Below, piece after piece: positions 46,485 to 64,000 of a DNA stretch of 64,000 bases. The position numbers and the translations under genes were made by a program. The DNA is from Amoebidium appalachense (Eukaryota > Protista > Ichthyosporea): the NCBI GenBank assembly GCA_963693365.1, contig CAVNZM010000007.1:7313962-7377961 (forward strand), given 5' to 3'. Positions within the stretch are counted from its first letter, which is position 1. Each line of letters opens with the position of its first letter. The notes beneath the pieces were generated by a model. That model saw only the letters and a list, made by a program, of their open reading frames with translations. It ran no database searches and had not been told where the DNA came from.

Positions 46485-47898
46485 TTCTTGTGCCGTCACT
46501 CTTTACTCGCCCCAGCAAGGGGATAGATTACTTGCTGTGTCGTGTGTAGATGCCTAGGCTGCACACACAAACACATGTGCTCTCCAAGGAGACACATTTT
46601 AGATGGCAGGCCATCACCACAGTCACTCAAGGGAGGGTGGGCGGGAAAAACAAAATACTTAACTAGAGAAAACAACCGTTTACGGGCCTCAGGAGGCCCT
46701 GCCAACTTGCTAGACTAAGGACACATTCTGCTCAGGAGCAGTGCCAGCGACTGAGAGGCCTACGAATCTGCGGGCTAGCGGTTTATATACACGCAGGATA
46801 TGGCTCACAACATCCGATTGGCTACAGGGGAATGTAAAGACCAAATATGGCTAAACTTAAACAGGACCAATCATTGCACTTACATTTACGTACAGAGATG
46901 TGATTGGCTAAGCCATACCTAGAGACTAACCAATCGGAATGCAAAGTAGCTGGAATTTCGAATTCCACATGTCACTTCGTCGTCGTGGCTGCGGCCGTTC
47001 CTCAAAGAAAACCCGTTTAAAAACGAACCATTCTTGTGCCGTCACTCTTTACTCGCCCCAGCAAGGGGATAGATTACTTGCTGTGTCGTGTGTAGATGCC
47101 TAGGCTGCACACACAAACACATGTGCTCTCCACACCTCCCATGCTGGCGCAATGCAAAGGGCGCCGTAACAAAAATGTTTGCAAATAAACAGGCAGAGCG
47201 GACAACTGGTTGGAACGCTCGCATGCTGAGTGTTAACCCGCGCGTACAGAACCAAACAGCCGCCCAGGGACTGAAGAGTCGAGGGCGAGGACGGCTAAGG
47301 AGACGTCCCAAAACGAAAATAGGTTGCCAAAAGGCAGGCCAGGGCCGAAACGTGTGGGGGGGCAGAGCGTCAGAGTGGCGGAACAAGGGTGTGAAGCCAA
47401 CATGGCCATCGCCAGAAGTCAGTTTAAGCCAGCAAGGGGCCAGGCGGACAGCTGTGTCGAGGGGCAGTGCTGCACGTGAAGAGTCGCGACGCCATGGCAG
47501 CATAAACGGTGTAAAACAAAATACTTAACTAGAGAAAACAACCGTTTACGGGCCTCAGGAGGCCCTGCCAACTTGCTAGACTAAGGACACATTCTGCTCA
47601 GGAGCAGTGCCAGCGACTGAGAGGCCTACGAATCTGCGGGCTAGCGGTTTATATACACGCAGGATATGGCTCACAACATCCGATTGGCTACAGGGGAATG
47701 TAAAGACCAAATATGGCTAAACTTAAACAGGACCAATCATTGCACTTACATTTACGTACAGAGAAGTGATTGGCTAAGCCATACCTAGAGACTAACCAAT
47801 CGGAATGCAAAGTAGCTGGAATTTCAAATTCCACATGTCACTTCGTCGTCGTGGCTGCGGCCGTTCCTCAAAGAAAACCCGTTTAAAAACGAACCATT
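46485..47898 (-). mobile_element. 1.41-kb non-autonomous split-direct-repeat element (Ngaro/PAT-type architecture), copy 1
   Basis: On minus: A1 (47898-47513, 386 bp), 380-bp internal region, B1 (47132-47031, 102 bp) abutting A2 (47032-46647), 60-bp spacer, B2 (46586-46485). A carries four CCAAT boxes and TATATAAA; B ends with AGTAAA. No TSD; both ends and the B1/A2 junction share TT. Confidence 0.8.
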
Positions 47899-48200
47899 TT
47901 ATATATGTATATTGGTCCCCCTAGACTAATACCGGGATCACCCTAAACCAGTCAAATGGTGGTTTATGGGGCCAATACATACATCAATGTGCTCAGCACG
48001 TCAAGGGGGTTAAGGATCATGCTTGATCATGAGTCTAGGGAGAATTTAGGGGGGTCTAGGGGGCTAACTATGAAAATACCTAAATCCCCCACAACTCAAC
48101 TTCCAATAAACATTTTTTTCCGGAAATAGGCTGCAAAGATGCGTCTCCCCAAGGACTACTCATCTGTTAAAAAAAAAATCTAAAACTCAAAAAGACTATA

Positions 48201-48226
48201 CCCTAAACCCTAAACCCTAAACCCTA
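48201..48226. repeat. Interstitial telomere-like (CCCTAAA)~3.5 tract (duplicated at ~52919-52944)
   Basis: ccctaaaccctaaaccctaaacccta. Confidence 0.8.
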
Positions 48227-48611
48227 CCCGGTACACATACACACGTGGCACATGCTGACACATAGGGCCACAAAGACAACTTACACTGCAGTACCTTTTC
48301 CAATTTTGTCAATGATTTTAGTTTAATTTCAACTATGATCTAATTATAATTTACCGATCCCAGCCCGTAGCTAGTCCCCCAGACACATTTTGTACAGGGA
48401 TTAATGCAAATTGATTGGCCACTCCCGCTGGTAAAAAGACTACCGCACGGCCGCACACAAAGCCACATGTATGCACGTGCACACACACACACACAATCTG
48501 ACGCATGCACAAGCACACAGTGCATGAGTACATGCAAGTTACCCTGGCATTTTTTAATATGACGCTTTTGGACGCCGCGGATGGTTGGGTAGTGTATGTG
48601 TGTATGCACAC

Positions 48612-48667
<56 letters not shown>

Positions 48668-48794
48668 GGGAGAGGGGGAGGAAGCGTGGGGGTCGCTTGT
48701 TCACTTCAGCAGGATTTGCCTGGGCTAGTCGGCCTGCAATGAGGCTCCCCCCCCCCCCCCCCCTCCTCCCGCCTCCCCCAACACACCACCACCA

Positions 48795-48868
<74 letters not shown>

Positions 48869-49380
48869 AACCCCATGGCCATTCCCTCCCACCTTCCCAC
48901 ATTCCGGGGCCCACTTTTGGATTTAAAAAAGTGACACTGTCCGGTCTATACAAAACCAGCAGCTAAAACTAATTTAACGAATCCTCACATCCAGTCCAAT
49001 GCTGCACATGCATGCATGTGCAAGGTAAAGGACAGGGGTATATTTATGTTGTCCAAGACCTCACTGTTTAACCACACATCTTGAAACTAGTTATATTAAG
49101 ATCCAGAAGCTCCGGTGTATTTTAAAGTTTATTTTGTTTTATTCTATTTATTTATTTCAATACTATTGTTTTTTTGTTTGGGGCAGGGGTGGGGTGGTGG
49201 GGGGGGGGGGGGGGGGGGGGGGGTTAAAGGTAAAGGGCTCTCAGATCATGAGGGATGATCACTCGAGGGGGGAAACCCACTTAGGTTGTGAGAGAGGAGC
49301 CCTCGTGAAGCAATGAAGCAATGAAAAGCCCAAAAGAAGCATGCCCGAGGGGTGGGGAAAGGGCGGGGAGGGGGGGGGGG

Positions 49381-49426
<46 letters not shown>

Positions 49427-51200
49427 GGACAAGAGATAGCTGTTCAAACATATTTACAAGACAAGGTGGGAGTGACCTCGACTGGGAAGGGTTTTTATGT
49501 GTGTGTGTGTGCGTGCGTGTGTGTGTTTTTAAGAAGGAGGAGGAGGGGGGGGGGGGGGGGGGGAGGAGGAGGGGGAGGGGGGATGTATGCTTTAGATGGG
49601 GAGTAGGAATCATTAAAAGGCTAAACACAAAACGTCATGGCATGGGGATCGGATCGAAACGTATAAGAGAACTGTTGTGTGGGTTGCGAAGAAGTTGTTC
49701 CAAATTCATCCTCTGAATTAGCTACATGACGCAAGTCAACCCGTTTTGGCCGAAACGAGCAGGGTTTTTGTTGTTGGTTCAGGGGTGGGTGGGTGGGTGG
49801 GTGGGTGGGTTGGGGGGGGGGGGGGGGGGGGAGGGGGGGGATCCCGCGAGTTGTTTATGCCGAAAGGGTAATTTTGGTTGGACAGGTAAAGAGACCTCAA
49901 ACACGTCGAAGGGTTGTTGTTGGTATCCCCATAGCTTTGAACACAACAGCTGCCAGCTCTGAGAGTTCCCACAGTGGAATTTACCGGTCTTCTTTATTTG
50001 CTTTCACTTCACATGTACACCGTTCGACAACGGTATGATTCTTCGTTCTTCTTGTGAGGTGTGTGTGAAACATGAGACAATGTATATGCATTTGTGAAAC
50101 CTCAAACAAAATACGCAGAGTGCTATCCACCCATAGACAAAGCTTGGCGCATCAAAGGCCGGGTCTACACATAACTAAAGTCTGTCGAAACAACACGACC
50201 GTTTGCGTCAAACAGAGGCAGGCACCCAACTTCGGATGCTATTTGCATTGGTAACCAAACTGTCGTGTGTATTACGCTGTCAATCCCATCTGCAGGTATT
50301 TCGCTTAAGTGCGTCCTTTTCTCTCGTAGTACAACAGTAGCAAACATGAAATGCAACATGATATCATAGGCTACCAAGCTAGGCAGAACCTAGGCTACCA
50401 CCGACACGCTCGATCGTCAGTGGGCCACGTGCAGGTGAGAAAACACCGCCTGTAGCTGCTTTGTAAACTAATTATTAGTTAACCTCATAGTTGCCCTGTA
50501 CATGTCTGCTTCCAAAGACTTCTCTTATCATGAACACTCAGAAACACTCGAACATCATCCGTCGATTTTTCAATATTCGGTCGAACATATACTTCCACCT
50601 AAGGGATCAGAAGACTAGTGCTAAGGCCGTTCTCTGAATGATTTGCTCCCATTCTATGTATTGATGTATTTGTGCTAAACAGACGTATCTATTTGACACG
50701 GACGTCGTCATTGCGCGCACGACTGCGTGCCGGGCCTGCGGTGTACACGCGTAAGAACCAAAGAAACACGTGGGGAAAGTGGAAACATTTCAGTCAAGAA
50801 AGCTGCCCCCATTCCACGGTTGCATTCCAATTGCAACCGCTGATAAAATGAACGAATGGTAGAAGCTCTCTGGTTTTACCCCCGTCGTTGGTATGTTTCC
50901 CTAGAAAAAAACAGTGGATATATGTGAACTTCATGTTGCCGGGCAAGTCTTGTGTTTTCATTTTAACCATTCACATGCACAATATATATCTGAACTATAC
51001 AAGTAATTTTTTTTCCGCGTATCTTTATGGCTGAATTAATTCTTTGAATGAAATGTCCTTCAGCTTTCGGCTGCCTTCCCTTAACTGCTGTTACAACTGC
51101 CTGCGGCACACGCACGCATGTGCACGGGCACTTCGGGAGTATATGATGAGAATGAGATATACCTGGGATATGACCATATGGATCAGTTGGATGAAGTTTT

Positions 51201-53331
51201 TTTCTTGTGCCGTCACTCTTTACTCGCCCCAGCAAGGGGATAGATTACTTGCTGTGTCGTGTGTAGATGCCTAGGCTGCATACACAAACACATGTGCTCT
51301 CCAAGGAGACACATTTTAGATGGCAGGCCATCACCACAGTCACTCAAGGGAGGGTGGGCGGGAAAAACAAAATACTTAACTAGAGAAAACAACCGTTTAC
51401 GGGCCTCAGGAGGCCCTGCCAACTTGCTAGACTAAGGACACATTCTGCTCAGGAGCAGTGCCAGCGACTGAGAGGCCTACGAATCTGCGGGCTAGCGGTT
51501 TATATACACGCAGGATATGGCTCACAACATCCGATTGGCTACAGGGGAATGTAAAGACCAAATATGGCTAAACTTAAACAGGACCAATCATTGCACTTAC
51601 ATTTACGTACAGAGAAGTGATTGGCTAAGCCATACCTAGAGACTAACCAATCGGAATGCAAAGTAGCTGGCAGTTCGAATTCCACATGTCACTTCGTCGT
51701 CGTGGCTGCGGCCGTTCCTCAAAGAAAACCCGTTTAAAAACGAACCATTCTTGTGCCGTCACTCTTTACTCGCCCCAGCAAGGGGATAGATTACTTGCTG
51801 TGTCGTGTGTAGATGCCTAGGCTGCACACACAAACACATGTGCTCTCCACACCTCCCATGCTGGCGCAATGCAAAGGGCGCCGTAACAAAAATGTTTGCA
51901 AATAAACAGGCAGAGCGGACAACTGGTTGGAACGCTCGCATGCTGAGTGTTAACCCGCGCGTACAGAACCAAACAGCCGCCCAGGGACTGAAGAGTCGAG
52001 GGCGAGGACGGCTAAGGAGACGTCCCAAAACGAAAATAGGTTGCCAAAAGGCAGGCCAGGGCCGAAACGTGTGGGGGGGCAGAGCGTCAGAGTGGCGGAA
52101 CAAGGGTGTGAAGCCAACATGGCCATCGCCAGAAGTCAGTTTAAGCCAGCAAGGGGCCAGGCGGACAGCTGTGTCGAGGGGCAGTGCTGCACGTGAAGAG
52201 TCGCGACGCCATGGCAGCATAAACGGTGTAAAACAAAATACTTAACTAGAGAAAACAACCGTTTACGGGCCTCAGGAGGCCCTGCCAACTTGCTAGACTA
52301 AGGACACATTCTGCTCAGGAGCAGTGCCAGCGACTGAGAGGCCTACGAATCTGCGGGCTAGCGGTTTATATACACGCAGGATATGGCTCACAACATCCGA
52401 TTGGCTACAGGGGAATGTAAAGACCAAATATGGCTAAACTTAAACAGGACCAATCATTGCACTTACATTTACGTACAGAGAAGTGATTGGCTAAGCCATA
52501 CCTAGAGACTAACCAATCGGAATGCAAAGTAGCTGGAATTTCAAATTCCACATGTCACTTCGTCGTCGTGGCTGCGGCCGTTCCTCAAAGAAAACCCGTT
52601 TAAAAACGAACCATTTTATATATGTATATTGGTCCCCCTAGACTAATACCGGGATCACCCTAAACCAGTCAAATGGTGGTTTATGGGGCCAATACATACA
52701 TCAATGTGCTCAGCACGTCAAGGGGGTTAAGGATCATGCTTGATCATGAGTCTAGGGAGAATTTAGGGGGGTCTAGGGGGCTAACTATGAAAATACCTAA
52801 ATCCCCCACAACTCAACTTCCAATAAACATTTTTTTCCGGAAATAGGCTGCAAAGATGCGTCTCCCCAAGGACTACTCATCTGTTAAAAAAAAAAATCTA
52901 AAACTCAAAAAGACTATACCCTAAACCCTAAACCCTAAACCCTACCCGGTACACATACACACGTGGCACATGCTGACACATAGGGCCACAAAGACAACTT
53001 ACACTGCAGTACCTTTTCCAATTTTGTCAATGATTTTAGTTTAATTTCAACTATGATCTAATTATAATTTACCGATCCCAGCCCGTAGCTAGTCCCCCAG
53101 ACACATTTTGTACAGGGATTAATGCAAATTGATTGGCCACTCCCGCTGGTAAAAAGACTACCGCACGGCCGCACACAAAGCCACATGTATGCACGTGCAC
53201 ACACACACACACAATCTGACGCATGCACAAGCACACAGTGCATGAGTACATGCAAGTTACCCTGGCATTTTTTAATATGACGCTTTTGGACGCCGCGGAT
53301 GGTTGGGTAGTGTATGTGTGTATGCACACGT

Positions 53332-53362
<31 letters not shown>

Positions 53363-53493
53363 GGGGGGGGGGGAGAGGGGGAGGAAGCGTGGGGGTCGCT
53401 TGTTCACTTCAGCAGGATTTGCCTGGGCTAGTCGGCCTGCAATGAGGCTCCCCCCCCCCCCCCCCTCCTCCCGCCTCCCCCAACACACCACCA

Positions 53494-53569
<76 letters not shown>

Positions 53570-53759
53570 AACCCCATGGCCATTCCCTCCCACCTTCCCA
53601 CATTCCGGGGCCCACTTTTGGATTTAAAAAAGTGACACTGTCCGGTCTATACAAAACCAGCAGCTAAAACTAATTTAACGAATCCTCACATCCAGTCCAA
53701 TGCTGCACATGCATGCATGTGCAAGGTAAAGGACAGGGGTATATTTATGTTGTCCAAGA
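51201..53759 (+). repeat. ~2.56-kb direct segmental duplication, unit 2
   Basis: Matches 46484-49058; diverges after gtccaaga. Confidence 0.95.
51202..52615 (-). mobile_element. 1.41-kb split-direct-repeat element, copy 2
   Basis: Same layout as copy 1, offset by 4717 bp, but with a different left flank (gatgaagttttt|ttcttg). Confidence 0.8.
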
Positions 53760-54618
53760 AGGAGGGTACTTAGGACTTTTGAGATTTGGGTGTTTTCTAT
53801 GGAAATGCTCGGTTATCCCTTGTATATTTTGTAAAAATGTATATTGTATCTCTATTAGGCACACTAGGACCCAAACTAGGATGTGCATGGAATGCGACCC
53901 AAACATCTTTGGAAGCATCCAATTATATATTTATCAACGTTTTAACTGTTGGGTGTCCGTTTGCAAACAGCGATATAAGTTCCTTCGACCACATAGCAAG
54001 CCACGATAGCACATTATCTTTCAGGTGAAGTATCACAGTTCTTGAGGGGTAGCAAACAAGCGACATGCTGGTTAATGAACGGAGCTGGGTACGGTAGTTC
54101 CACAACAGCAATTTGGAGTTTTGCAATTGTATGGGCATTGTTTAATGCACATTGTGAATAAAACATGAGATAAGTCTTACACAATACATCCTTAAACAGG
54201 GTGCTTTACAAATTCCAGCTAACTGACCGACATGATGTTCACAACTATTACAGGCAAAGAAGCCCAATGTAACATAATAGAGCTGAAGAACGCTCTCAAT
54301 CAGGCAGGCCATCCTGTGACTTTGGAAAGAGTTCAAAGGAGAAGTGGTATGAGCATCAGTCTACACGTGAAACATCACATACAATATACAAAGTAAAGGG
54401 TTATACAATACAACCTATCTAACTTACTATCACATCAATCACAACTTACCATCACATTCCAACGCTAACCCATGAAGACAAACAAGGAAAGATTGCCTCC
54501 TCCACTTCGCTACCCATTCATTAATTCAAACAGTATGGTTCAAAAAAGTATATAGTGTGGTAGAGCATGCCTAAGGATCGGATTGAGGTTAAAGCTTTAA
54601 GATGTTGTGGTCACCGTG

Positions 54619-64000
<9,382 letters not shown>

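Larger units (their letters stand above)
46484..49058 (+). repeat. ~2.57-kb direct segmental duplication, unit 1 (partner 51201-53759)
   Basis: Near-identical from tttcttgtgccgtc to tatttatgttgtccaaga. Differences are a few substitutions and homopolymer/microsatellite lengths. Confidence 0.95.

Noticed and set aside
47042-47528. 153-aa (minus) and 146-aa (plus) ORFs in the split-repeat element, also at 51759-52245
   Set aside because: No RT, RNase H, gag or tyrosine-recombinase motifs; they run through the terminal repeats and are probably incidental.
46485-47898. Tandem snRNA or spliced-leader RNA gene array
   Set aside because: No recognisable U-snRNA, 5S or SL sequence; the A/B arrangement fits split direct repeats better than head-to-tail gene units.
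49059-51200. Coding capacity in the unique segment between the duplicated units (as the interior of a giant-LTR element)
   Set aside because: Only short ORFs without motifs; no TG..CA ends, PBS, PPT or TSD around the 2.57-kb repeats.

Overview
Eukaryotic nuclear DNA with GT-AG spliceosomal introns packed with poly-G/poly-C, (CA/GT)n and (GA/CT)n tracts; most ORFs in the supplied track are microsatellite artefacts. By manual splicing I reconstruct seven genes: a GT47/exostosin-like glycosyltransferase, WDR83/MORG1, an intronless membrane protein with 14-aa repeats, a Cys-rich probably GPI-anchored surface protein, a probably GPI-anchored spherulin-4/GH135 hydrolase, an Emi1/FBXO5-like F-box-ZBR-RL-tail protein, and a 5'-truncated gene of at least 10 exons encoding a ParB-like domain fused to a beta-class N6A/N4C DNA amino-methyltransferase. 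That last gene has atypical active-site motifs and an array of about 8 phased 18-bp palindromes in its final intron; it is the best candidate for an undescribed system. Mobile DNA includes a complete TRIM (mini-LTR element) containing a 39-bp hAT-like insertion, two 1.4-kb elements with split-direct-repeat architecture (A1-internal-B1-A2-B2, typical of tyrosine-recombinase retrotransposons) inside a 2.57-kb duplication, short CCCTAAA tracts and MITE remnants. The gene mix suggests a protist, possibly a unicellular holozoan; this is inference only. No database searches were run: all family calls rest on motifs recognised by eye.
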